Source: Patescibacteria group bacterium
Lineage (GTDB): Bacteria > Patescibacteriota > Microgenomatia > UBA1400 > PJMF01
Length of the DNA stretch: 44,213 bases
NCBI GenBank assembly: GCA_039714855.1
Contig: JBDLIL010000003.1
Coordinates: 1-44,213 of the forward strand
Direction of reading: 5' to 3'
Numbering within the stretch: position 1 is the first letter of the stretch; every line of letters begins with the position of its first letter. Positions 1-8,943 of the stretch are shown here, piece by piece. The translations under genes were made by a program, and so were the position numbers. The notes under the pieces were generated by a model. It was not told the origin of the DNA and made no database searches. It saw nothing but the letters and a program-made list of their open reading frames with translations.

Positions 1-587
<587 letters not shown>

Positions 588-629
588 ATTTATTATTAAG
601 TAAATTTGTTGGCTTATATAAAAAATTAA

Positions 630-669
630 TCCTCCTTCGCCTCGAATAAATTCTTGGCTTCGAAGGACG
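630..669. repeat. Palindromic element in the 16S leader (TCCTCCTTCGC...GCTTCGAAGGACG family)
   Basis: Same ends as the element at 44021-44049. Confidence 0.7.
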
Positions 670-780
670 TTACGGAATTACACTAAATTTTCCAAATACA
701 TGGTTGAAATAGTGGAATTATTAGTTTCCACCACCATGTTTGAGTCTTATCACATTGCATTTGCTGTATGCATCTTCACT

Positions 781-792
781 TGTTAAGGAGCA
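781..792 (-). promoter_or_regulatory. rrn leader boxA antitermination element
   Basis: Minus strand TGCTCCTTAACA, one mismatch to E. coli boxA TGCTCTTTAACA, about 200 nt upstream of the 16S. Confidence 0.6.
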
Positions 793-934
793 AGGTGCCC
801 TGCGCCTTGCGACGCCAACCCTTCGAAGTCCCGCTAAGAGCGTGGACGAAGGAGGGTTAAAGGGCAAACAGAAAATATGTCTTAAACCAGTTTTCTAATA
901 TTTATTTACTAGAACTTAGTTTAGAGGAGTATCC

Positions 935-962
935 ATTCTAACAAAAATATTTCTAGAGTCGA
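935..962 (-). promoter_or_regulatory. Putative rrn promoter
   Basis: Minus strand TCGACT-N16-TAGAAT with a TGn extension, upstream of boxA. Confidence 0.45.
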
Positions 963-1058
963 GGAGGAAAACTCTCATACGATCATTTCTCCACCTAGAC
1001 AAATAAGTAATTGATAGTGATTATAGCTTTTATAAAGTCTAAGTTTTTACTGCTGTTG

Positions 1059-1610
1059 CTAAGGCAATAGGAGGAGGATTAGTCCTACCAGAAGAAACAG
1101 TGTCGCTGAAAAAACAAACAGGCGTAGTGTCCAATAAGGCCCCCCCTCACACTTCCACGGCAAATTTTTAACCCATGAAGACGTTAGATGTGAAATGTTC
1201 AAAAGGATAATTGTCATTAGGGCATAAAAAACCAAAGGAGTCAGAAATGGTAGTGCTTTAGCTATTCCAAAAGGGTCGAATTGTTTTATGAATTCATAGG
1301 TTTTTTGGTGTACTTGTGTTCTTGAGGTGTAGGAGAAAATAGGAGTGAAATATATCTCCATTAATTCTCCAAACAAAAACCACAGAAAAATTTTGTAGAG
1401 AATCATGGCAAGACTACTGTCTGTCCAAAACGAATATGGTTTATGAGTAGTAATCCCATAAACTCTTGAACGGATAAAAACTGTTGTTATGTGCATGAGT
1501 ATATGAAAGAAAAAAAAGGATGTAGATGCAACAAGGGGTAAGTAGAAGTTAGGCCAAATACTTTTTAAGATGATAAAAATTATGATTGAAGTGATTAGTC
1601 TAAATCGCAT
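1059..1610 (-). CDS. Hypothetical membrane protein
   Basis: 183-aa ORF with several hydrophobic segments and a TGcTATACT -10 upstream. No family recognised. Confidence 0.6.
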   Translation of the reverse strand: MRFRLITSIIIFIILKSIWPNFYLPLVASTSFFFFHILMHITTVFIRSRVYGITTHKPYSFWTDSSLAMILYKIFLWFLFGELMEIYFTPIFSYTSRTQVHQKTYEFIKQFDPFGIAKALPFLTPLVFYALMTIILLNISHLTSSWVKNLPWKCEGGPYWTLRLFVFSATLFLLVGLILLLLP

Positions 1611-1797
1611 GTGTTGACGCTGAGTATAGCACTGATTTTTTGATACATATCTGTCATTTTTTCTAGCTGTTTGAACCTTTGGTCTCTGCCAAAAACTCTA
1701 TCTCCAAATCCGGGAGCATGAATAAAACCTTTCGTCTTCGTGGTTACGCCAGTGATCATCTTCAAACATCTAGATAATTCTAGCAGATTAGTTAAAA

Positions 1798-2967
1798 TTA
1801 ACTAATCACTCCCCCGCCTAAGCAAATATAAGTTGGATATTGGACATCAGATACTAGATATTTGTTGGGTGTATAAAAAACAGCAAACTGACCAGCGGCG
1901 ATGCCGCGCTGAGCTTCTTCTAATTTTACTTCCCAGCCAGAGGCTGGTCGGCCTTTGGCCGATATTTTCCTTACTTTGCAGGGTAATAATTTTCCAGTGT
2001 GCCTTATTCTCACAAAAAGTTTTTGTTTTATGTGCACTGAAGTATCGCCATCTCTTTTCTGCAGTCGCGGTGCAGCAAAGAAAAGAGCATGGTGATCTGA
2101 AGAAAAGTGCAAGTTTGTAACTTGAAATTCTGATTTGAGCGTTTCAGTGCCAAAGCCAACTACTAGCTGATTCTTTTTAATATCTTTTGCAATTACGTAA
2201 AAAGGTGGAATATTAGAATTTTTTTGCTCTATTGTAAAACCACTGCGTTGGCCAATAGTATAAAACCAAAGTCCCTTGTGCTTGCCAATAATATTATTAT
2301 TGATATCAACTACATCTCCAGGTTTCTTACCAAATTTTTCACGTAGCATTTTTTGTACATCTACATCACCTATAAAGCAAATACCCACAGAATCTTTTTT
2401 GTCTGCTATATGCAATTTTAATTCTATGGCTTTGTTTCTAACTTCTTCTTTGCTTAAATTTTGCAGTGGAAATAGCGTATGTTTTAATTGCTCTTTTGTA
2501 ATTTGATGCAAAAAGTAAGTCTGATCTTTATGTTTGTCTTTAGGAGTTAGTAATTGTTTGTTGTTTGGTGCTTGTAATTTGTTATTTGCAGCGATAGCTG
2601 CGTAGTGTCCAGTAGCAATAAAATCAAAACCATTTTCTAGGGCCCAGTCATAAAAAAGCCCGAATTTTATTTCTTTATTACACAAAACATCAGGGTTTGG
2701 AGTCTTGCCTTGTTTATATTCAGAGAAAAAATATTCTATGATTTTTTCTTTATACGCTTTTTTGAAATCTAAAGTTTTAAAAGGGATATTAAGTTTTAAA
2801 GCAATTTTAAGAGCATCTTTTTTATCTTGCTCGGCCCTGCAGCCGGGCTCATTCCAGCACTCTATATATATAGTGGTAATATCGTAACCTTGCTCTTTGA
2901 GCAGATGAGCACAGACAGCGGAATCTACTCCGCCACTGAGGCCTAAGGCTACTTTTTTATTTTTCAT
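1798..2967 (-). CDS. mnmA: tRNA-specific 2-thiouridylase MnmA, with several short in-frame insertions
   Basis: Motifs SGGVDS, TPNPDVLCNKEIKFG, ATGHYA, KDQTYFL, DSVGICF, YTIGQR and GQFAVFY. Start moved to ATG 2967 (MKNKK), 6 nt after TATAAT. Confidence 0.96.
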   Translation of the reverse strand: MKNKKVALGLSGGVDSAVCAHLLKEQGYDITTIYIECWNEPGCRAEQDKKDALKIALKLNIPFKTLDFKKAYKEKIIEYFFSEYKQGKTPNPDVLCNKEIKFGLFYDWALENGFDFIATGHYAAIAANNKLQAPNNKQLLTPKDKHKDQTYFLHQITKEQLKHTLFPLQNLSKEEVRNKAIELKLHIADKKDSVGICFIGDVDVQKMLREKFGKKPGDVVDINNNIIGKHKGLWFYTIGQRSGFTIEQKNSNIPPFYVIAKDIKKNQLVVGFGTETLKSEFQVTNLHFSSDHHALFFAAPRLQKRDGDTSVHIKQKLFVRIRHTGKLLPCKVRKISAKGRPASGWEVKLEEAQRGIAAGQFAVFYTPNKYLVSDVQYPTYICLGGGVIS

Positions 2968-2989
2968 GGGGTAATTATACAACCAGGTT

Positions 2990-3014
2990 GTCATCCCGGC
3001 GAAGGCCGGGATCC
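2990..3014. repeat. REP-like palindrome GTCATCCCGGCGAAGGCCGGGATCC
   Basis: Hairpin ATCCCGGC-GAAG-GCCGGGAT. Same GTCATCCCG...GGGATC ends as 36080-36106. Confidence 0.8.
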
Positions 3015-3044
3015 ATAGGATGAAAAAAGCAATTAATTTGAGAT

Positions 3045-3446
3045 TTAAATTAATTTAGAAATATCGCTAAAAATCTGCTGATTATTTTCAAACAAAATAG
3101 TTTTGCAGCCGGCAGCTAAAGCCGCGTTTATATTTTTTATCTGATCATCTACAAAAATAATTTCACTAGCCTTTATCTTAGTTTTTTCAGCAATTACTTT
3201 ATAAGTTTGAGGATCAGTTTTGCTTAAATTTAAATCTTGAGCCGAAAAAATATAATCAAAATTTTTTTCTAAAATTGATTTAATAAATGGTGTTCTTAGC
3301 ATGAAGCTAGAATTTGAGAGAATTCCCGTTTTGTATTTATTTCTTAGCTCATCAATTTTTTTCAACAATTCTTGATTGACAATCCCTTTGCTGGGTTGAC
3401 TTAAAAAAATTACATTAAAAAAGTCAAAGAGGAGAAGTTTTGTCAT
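3045..3446 (-). CDS. Capless HAD-family hydrolase
   Basis: Motif I variant LLFDFFNV, then ILSNS, K-x-DP and FVDD..N..AA..G. No cap domain. Confidence 0.85.
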   Translation of the reverse strand: MTKLLLFDFFNVIFLSQPSKGIVNQELLKKIDELRNKYKTGILSNSSFMLRTPFIKSILEKNFDYIFSAQDLNLSKTDPQTYKVIAEKTKIKASEIIFVDDQIKNINAALAAGCKTILFENNQQIFSDISKLI

Positions 3447-3460
3447 GGTGGGTGAACAAA

Positions 3461-4321
3461 TTACTTACTATAAATATAGTCTATTATTTTTTTAGCTACG
3501 TTAACAGAAGGATTGACCTTATCAAAGCCCTCAAACCCCGGGCAGTCGTTAATTTCTAAAATATATGGGTTGTCGTTTTTATCAAAAATAATATCTATAC
3601 CGGCAAGTTCTATCTCAAGTTTTTTACATACCGATAGCGCTATCTTGCTTAATGGTTTTTTATACTTAGCTTCAATTTGACTATACTTTCCTCCCTGATG
3701 AATGTTGCTAGTGAACTTTCCTTTTGGTTTGGTTTTTTTCATGGATCCCAAAACTTGGTTGTTGAGAACAATAGCTCGGTAATCACAATTGCTTTTAATT
3801 AGTGATTGAGCAATAGTTTTAGCTTTTCCGTAACGATTTTTTATCTTGATTAAATTTCTTATATAATTAACCTTAGACACGGCCTTACCATTGTTTTCTG
3901 TTGAATTTTTTAGGACAGTGGGTAAAGAAATTTTGTTTTCAAAGTTGCCAAAATAGGTTTCGGGAATAGGTAAATTTAGTTTTGCTAGTAAGGACATCTG
4001 AGTAGTTTTTGAGGCATAAAAATATTTTGAGTAGTATTTGCCGTTAAGTACTTTTTCTTTGTCTATTACTTGAAATAATGATTTATTGAATTCTCTAATA
4101 AAATCGGAAGTTTTTTCGAATGAACTTTTGATGATGATGCGATCGAAAGATCTAATATCAATATTATTAACGTATATGTGAGTTTGTCCCTTTTGAAAAT
4201 GGCAAAAAAGCTCCTTTGTATTAGCTAAGATTATTTCGGAAAAGACCTTTTTTCCCTCAGAAACAATCTTTTTCAAAGGGTAAATATTTACTCTATTGTC
4301 TGCGATAATTAGCAACTTCAT
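3461..4321 (-). CDS. RimK-type ATP-grasp amino-acid ligase
   Basis: Motifs LPIPET, VLK, DYRAIV, FTSNIHQGG, GIDII and ILEINDCPGFEGF. Confidence 0.85.
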   Translation of the reverse strand: MKLLIIADNRVNIYPLKKIVSEGKKVFSEIILANTKELFCHFQKGQTHIYVNNIDIRSFDRIIIKSSFEKTSDFIREFNKSLFQVIDKEKVLNGKYYSKYFYASKTTQMSLLAKLNLPIPETYFGNFENKISLPTVLKNSTENNGKAVSKVNYIRNLIKIKNRYGKAKTIAQSLIKSNCDYRAIVLNNQVLGSMKKTKPKGKFTSNIHQGGKYSQIEAKYKKPLSKIALSVCKKLEIELAGIDIIFDKNDNPYILEINDCPGFEGFDKVNPSVNVAKKIIDYIYSK

Positions 4322-5297
4322 ATTTTATTTCTATCATATCCAAAATAATTGATGCAGTATCTATAGGTTTACCTTTTAATGGATAGTGATGCATTCTTAA
4401 ATATGGGGCTGCATTGACTTCAATTATTCCACCTGACTTTTGTTGCGCAATGGGAATTTCCAGCGAATTGCACATAACGTCAATACCGACCGTATCAAGA
4501 TCACAAATTGAAGAAATTTTTTCGAATAATTCAATATTTTCTTTACACGCTTGGTCAGTTACGTTCCAGGATTCTCCTCCAGTGGAAATGTTAGCTGTTT
4601 TTCTTAGTGATACTTCTTGGTTTTTTTTAGGGATTGAGTTAATTGTTAGGTTTTGTTCTTTCAGATAATCAATTACCAATTCGTCAATTAGAATTTTCGA
4701 TAGAGGTTTTGTTTGTTTTTCACCTCTCCATGGATGAAGATTTTTTTCTATAATTAATTCTTTGATAGTTTTTTCACCGTTTCCAGTCACATGCGCAGCT
4801 TTTCTATGATTAGCAGCAACAAATTTGTGATCGATACATAATATTCTATATTCATTGCCTATTAAAGTTTCTTCAAAGAGAACATAGTTTGAGCTGTCTA
4901 TTTGAATTTTTGACAGGCAATTTTTAGCTTGGTCTAGATTTTTTATACCTATAATTACCCCTGCTCCTTCACTTCCATTAAATGGCTTCATTACCAAGGG
5001 AAATATTAATTTGCGCAACAAAAAGACATCACTTTTATTTTTTATTACGATATGACGTGCAGTGGGAATATGAAAATGGTTAAAAACTATTTTGCTTAGA
5101 TCTTTTCTCAGAGCAATGCTGTCGCCGACCGATGATTGAAAGGATGACTTTGATCCCCTGGTGTACCACCATTTATTTCCCCTCGTCATCTTGATTGTAT
5201 CCTCATCAAGAATTTCACATTCTATGCCTCTTTTTTTTGCTGCCTTTAGCATCAAGCTGGCGGTCATGGTTAGTTTTTGATTAGACATGGTGCTCAA
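4293..5297 (-). CDS. ATP-grasp ligase resembling the CphA/GshF ATP-grasp module (no Mur-ligase domain)
   Basis: Motifs AAKKRGI, PLVMKP..GSEG.GV, GNEYRIL, AAHVTGNG..TI.ELI...N.HP.RG, ANISTGG, GIDV and IIEVNAAPYLRMHHYP. The start may be ATG 5288. Confidence 0.88.
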   Translation of the reverse strand: MSTMSNQKLTMTASLMLKAAKKRGIECEILDEDTIKMTRGNKWWYTRGSKSSFQSSVGDSIALRKDLSKIVFNHFHIPTARHIVIKNKSDVFLLRKLIFPLVMKPFNGSEGAGVIIGIKNLDQAKNCLSKIQIDSSNYVLFEETLIGNEYRILCIDHKFVAANHRKAAHVTGNGEKTIKELIIEKNLHPWRGEKQTKPLSKILIDELVIDYLKEQNLTINSIPKKNQEVSLRKTANISTGGESWNVTDQACKENIELFEKISSICDLDTVGIDVMCNSLEIPIAQQKSGGIIEVNAAPYLRMHHYPLKGKPIDTASIILDMIEIKYEVANYRRQ

Positions 5298-6250
5298 AAA
5301 TTGTTCTCTTTTCCAACTTTCCTCATTTCACTAGCATATTTTTCTCTATCCAAAGTAAAAAAGCTTGGTAGCAGTGGCTTAAAATTGGGATTTAATTCGA
5401 CAGCTTTGCCTACATCTTCCAGCGCCATTTTGCCAAAATATAAATTTGTGATATCAAAATTGTTTTTTTCTAAGTATTTGAATACATTTACTAGACCCTC
5501 AAAATAAACCAAATCTTTACTATATCCACCTGCTTTACTAGTATCAAAAATACCCCTCTTTTGTCTTAAGGTGACCATCCACCTAGTTTCTTGATCTTGT
5601 ATATATTTGCCCAAAAACTGCCAGGTTTCCGAAAACGAATGATTTTGTGCAAAATCAACCGCCGCATATCTAATAGCTGATTTGTAAGCAGACTTATAGC
5701 TTTTGGGTAAAAGTGAGTGTAGTGATGCCAAGCCTTCTTCTGTTTTTAGATAATTTATAAAACCATGTTTTTTCTTTTTTCTATACCATATTTGTTTTTC
5801 ATAGTTAATTCTTCTGATAGCGTGCGTACCAATTTCATGATAAAGCAAGCCAATCAAATCATCTTTTCTGAATTTTGCATTATTTCTTAATTTGATAACA
5901 TCAGTGGTAATAGAAGCTCTGGATACAAAAGATGACGACCAAGTTATTTCATATCTCTTTTCCAAATGATGCATTTCCAAAAAACTATTAATTTTTTTAT
6001 TCACACTCTCATGAGTAAGGAGTGGCCCCTCCAGCATGAGAAGGTCTTGCTCATTTCTGCCAAAATAAGCTTTATTTAAAATTTCTTGCGCCAGCTCTAA
6101 ATATTTTTTTTGAGTTTTGCCAAATTTGTAGAGTTTTTCATTAGTAACTTCTTCTGAATATATAAATTGTGGATTATAGGAGTTATCGGCAAGAAACTTC
6201 TCTTTTTCTTCTAGCAAATTTGTGGGAGTAATTTTTTGCAAAAATGTCAT
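5294..6250 (-). CDS. DUF1704 / MATCAP-like (Tyr/Phe carboxypeptidase-type) zinc metallopeptidase
   Basis: YNPQF.Y, HEIGTH (HExxxH) at 5822-5839, TEEGLA, R.KRG..DTS..GG..KD.VY.EG and LY.GK. Confidence 0.88.
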   Translation of the reverse strand: MTFLQKITPTNLLEEKEKFLADNSYNPQFIYSEEVTNEKLYKFGKTQKKYLELAQEILNKAYFGRNEQDLLMLEGPLLTHESVNKKINSFLEMHHLEKRYEITWSSSFVSRASITTDVIKLRNNAKFRKDDLIGLLYHEIGTHAIRRINYEKQIWYRKKKKHGFINYLKTEEGLASLHSLLPKSYKSAYKSAIRYAAVDFAQNHSFSETWQFLGKYIQDQETRWMVTLRQKRGIFDTSKAGGYSKDLVYFEGLVNVFKYLEKNNFDITNLYFGKMALEDVGKAVELNPNFKPLLPSFFTLDREKYASEMRKVGKENNF

Positions 6251-6252
6251 TA

Positions 6253-7539
6253 TTAGTTTTCTTTTTCACCAATTAAAAATCCTTCAGTGTCTTTGCGCCC
6301 TAATTCTACATCATGTTTAGATCTATTGAGCCTTTTGCTCACTATCATGGCAGTTTTCATTTGCTTACCCTTGAGACGAATTTTTACCTCAATAACTGGA
6401 ACTTTTCCTTCTATTTCTTCTTGTTGGCGCCAAAGCAAATCTTCTAGATCTACTAGCCCTAGTTTTTCTGCTAAAGTTTGAGATATAGCTGAGCGATACC
6501 TGCTAGTACTCACCAGAGCAGGAGTTTTATGAGATTTTCCATGATCATCATAGACCAAAATTTGTGGATCAATAGAAATAATTTTTAGTCCCTCTTCAGC
6601 TTTTATTTTATCTGCAAATTCTTCAGCAAAAAGTGCTTGAGCTATTTTTACTCCATGTTTTGCATTGTGAACTTCCAAGCCTTCTACTCTTTCTAATCTT
6701 TTTTTCAATCCCTCTTTATTGGCAAGTTGAATTGAAAGTCCAGGGAACCCATTTAATTCTACTACCATGGGACCTTTTGTTTCGTGAATAAAAAGATCTG
6801 CTCCCATAAACTGGTATTCGGCTACATTAGCCGCAGCTACAGCCAATTCTAGTGTCTCGCTCCAAAATGGGATACTGACCCCATTTATTTTTTTCTTGCC
6901 CTTTGGAAAGTGTGTGATGCTTTCACCTTTACCCTTGATCCCATATGTGGTTATTCCAGTAGCGATATCTACACCTATGCCTAGAGCTCCTTTATCTAAA
7001 TTAGCTTTACCATTGGATTCTTTTGTAGGTATGCGCAGCATAGCCATCACAGGTACGGAATTAAAAACAATCACTCTTACATCTGGAGTACCTTGATATG
7101 ATAATTTCGCTAATTTTGGATGAGGTGGTATCATTTCCTCAATTAATGCATGAAATTGGGATCCCCAAGTACTAAATTCACCATCTAGTATATTGCGGAT
7201 ATGAAGCTCAAGATCATTTGAATTTAGTCTTTCTTTGCCATTTGTAAGCCAAATAGATTTATTTTCTTTCTTTTCAAGAATTACTAAAATACCTTTACCA
7301 GCACTACCGCTGACTGGTTTGATCACAAAAGGTGTGGGAATAGTTTCCCATTGCAATTGCTCTAGTTGTTCCATTGATTCTAAAACATGATAAAGTTTTG
7401 CGGTAGCTATTTTATTTTCCTGCAAAAGTATTTTGGTTTTCAATTTGGAAAAACCAAACTTTCTTGATTTAGAAGAATTGAGCTTCGTAAAGAAATAACG
7501 AGCATTCATCCCTAGGATATGCGACGGTTTGCTTGGCAT
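6253..7539 (-). CDS. Alpha-L-glutamate ligase-like ATP-grasp protein fused to a C-terminal, apparently inactive aspartyl-protease-like domain
   Basis: ILGMNAR, FVIKP..GS.GKGI, G.PDVRVIVFN..PVMAMLR.PT..S.GKANL..GA.G.GVD and VVELN..PGLSIQLAN. C-terminal ALVSTSRYRSAIS...LA.KLGL...LGR.D..GFLI has STS where DTG is expected. Start moved to ATG 7539. Confidence 0.88.
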   Translation of the reverse strand: MPSKPSHILGMNARYFFTKLNSSKSRKFGFSKLKTKILLQENKIATAKLYHVLESMEQLEQLQWETIPTPFVIKPVSGSAGKGILVILEKKENKSIWLTNGKERLNSNDLELHIRNILDGEFSTWGSQFHALIEEMIPPHPKLAKLSYQGTPDVRVIVFNSVPVMAMLRIPTKESNGKANLDKGALGIGVDIATGITTYGIKGKGESITHFPKGKKKINGVSIPFWSETLELAVAAANVAEYQFMGADLFIHETKGPMVVELNGFPGLSIQLANKEGLKKRLERVEGLEVHNAKHGVKIAQALFAEEFADKIKAEEGLKIISIDPQILVYDDHGKSHKTPALVSTSRYRSAISQTLAEKLGLVDLEDLLWRQQEEIEGKVPVIEVKIRLKGKQMKTAMIVSKRLNRSKHDVELGRKDTEGFLIGEKEN

Positions 7540-7563
7540 AATGCGGTTCAAAAATTTGATTAT

Positions 7564-8517
7564 TTATTCTTCAATTATAGGCCTAAAACGCAGCCACTCA
7601 GCCAAGCGTAGCCCAGTAAATCTTCCAACAACGAAATTTAGAATTGCAGTAGAAATCAGCAGTAGTTCTGGTTCTAGAAGGGCGAGCTTTTGTAAAAATT
7701 CCCATTGTAAGAGGATGCTAGAAATAAAAGCTAAGACCAGAGTTTCAATTGTTAGGGCGAGTGCATCGCTTTGTTTGGTGCTGACTTGAGCGTCTAAAAA
7801 GTTTTGACCTAATAACACCAAGATTAAAATAGGGAAAATGTTTACTATCATTAGGCTGGTAATATTGAGTATTGGGGCTACTATAAAAAGCCCTAAAATA
7901 CCTAGCGATACACCCCAAAGAGTGAGAGCAGTTCTGGGCAAATATGGCAATCTAAAGCGGCTTAAAATCCTCTTGGCTATAAGAGCAGTAACAACTATCG
8001 CAGCGAACATAATTAATCCTGCTACTACCCCAGTAGAAACTAAAGCCACAGATAAGACGGCAGGTATGTAAATGCCAAATCCTCGCAAACCAATAATATG
8101 CCTGGATGAAGCAATGAAGGAAGCCACTAGAGGAAAGAGTAATACCAAAACCAAGACGTTGGCAGGTATTCCTTGAGCAATGGTTTCTCTAATGGCGTGT
8201 TGTAAAAAGTTATTCCAACTCAGTGGTCCGGGTGGATTATCATCGAGATGCTTGGCTAATTTGCTTTTTTGTTGTCCTCCAGTTTCGGTAATATCTTTAT
8301 CTTGTTTTTCTTTGATTTTTTCTTGGACTTCTGCAGAAGGTGATGCCAGCGAAGTGCTTTCTGTAGCCTCTGCGGACTCTGTGGCTTCGATCTCTTCATT
8401 TATGGGATTAATTTCAGCTGTAAGTAAGGGGTTGTTTTCTTGAGCGAAAGCTGAAGTGAAAAATGTAAGATTAAGAATGAAAAACAATACTATGGTAAAG
8501 GATAACTTTTTAAGCAT
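7564..8517 (-). CDS. 7TM protein of the 7TM-transglutaminase-associated family, with a signal peptide and an acidic N-terminal region
   Basis: LL.P.VA......R.IIGL.GFG.Y.P..L..A, PR, FPILIL and G.FTGLRL.E..RF. Ends in PIIEE. Start moved to ATG 8517, 6 nt after TATAAT. Confidence 0.85.
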   Translation of the reverse strand: MLKKLSFTIVLFFILNLTFFTSAFAQENNPLLTAEINPINEEIEATESAEATESTSLASPSAEVQEKIKEKQDKDITETGGQQKSKLAKHLDDNPPGPLSWNNFLQHAIRETIAQGIPANVLVLVLLFPLVASFIASSRHIIGLRGFGIYIPAVLSVALVSTGVVAGLIMFAAIVVTALIAKRILSRFRLPYLPRTALTLWGVSLGILGLFIVAPILNITSLMIVNIFPILILVLLGQNFLDAQVSTKQSDALALTIETLVLAFISSILLQWEFLQKLALLEPELLLISTAILNFVVGRFTGLRLAEWLRFRPIIEE

Positions 8518-8536
8518 GAGGCTATTATAGCTTATT

Positions 8537-8899
8537 CTAAAGCACAAAACCTACAAAAGATTGAAGAAAACCAAGTAAGAATGAAATTAATACTAGGGTA
8601 AAGAATTGATTGAGTTCAATTCCTGCTATATTGCTAGCTTCGATGCTGAATCCTGGGACAAGATAAGTTGCCAGCCAGAGCAAACTTACATTTATTACTA
8701 ATGAAAATAAGCCCAGGGTGACCATATTGATGGGCAAAAAAAGGATATTTAAGATGGGGCGAACTATTTTTTGCAAAAGTGTTAATACTACAGCTGCAAT
8801 TAATAATGTAGCCCAATCTTGATATGAGACTGTAGGCAAGGCCCAAGCTAGGATAAAAATAGTAACAGCAGATTTGATGATGGGTTTAAGTAGGTTCAT
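8537..8899 (-). CDS. YvlD-like 4-TM membrane protein (phage holin superfamily IV annotation)
   Basis: VRPIL..L.LP...TLGLF.LVIN..LL.L...LVPGF. Confidence 0.88.
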   Translation of the reverse strand: MNLLKPIIKSAVTIFILAWALPTVSYQDWATLLIAAVVLTLLQKIVRPILNILFLPINMVTLGLFSLVINVSLLWLATYLVPGFSIEASNIAGIELNQFFTLVLISFLLGFLQSFVGFVL

Positions 8900-8943
8900 G
8901 ATGATTTATTAACTATATACTAATTAATAATAGCTTTTTTGCG

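Noticed and set aside
1620-1790. Possible ~55-aa minus-strand ORF between mnmA and the membrane gene
   Set aside because: It has no recognisable motif and runs through the next gene's promoter and start.
4293-5297. Calling this gene cphA or gshF
   Set aside because: Only the ATP-grasp module is present. It lacks the Mur-ligase domain of CphA and the glutamate-cysteine ligase domain of GshF.
8537-8899. Holin-family gene as evidence of a prophage
   Set aside because: YvlD-like proteins are common chromosomal membrane proteins, and there are no phage structural or lysis genes nearby.
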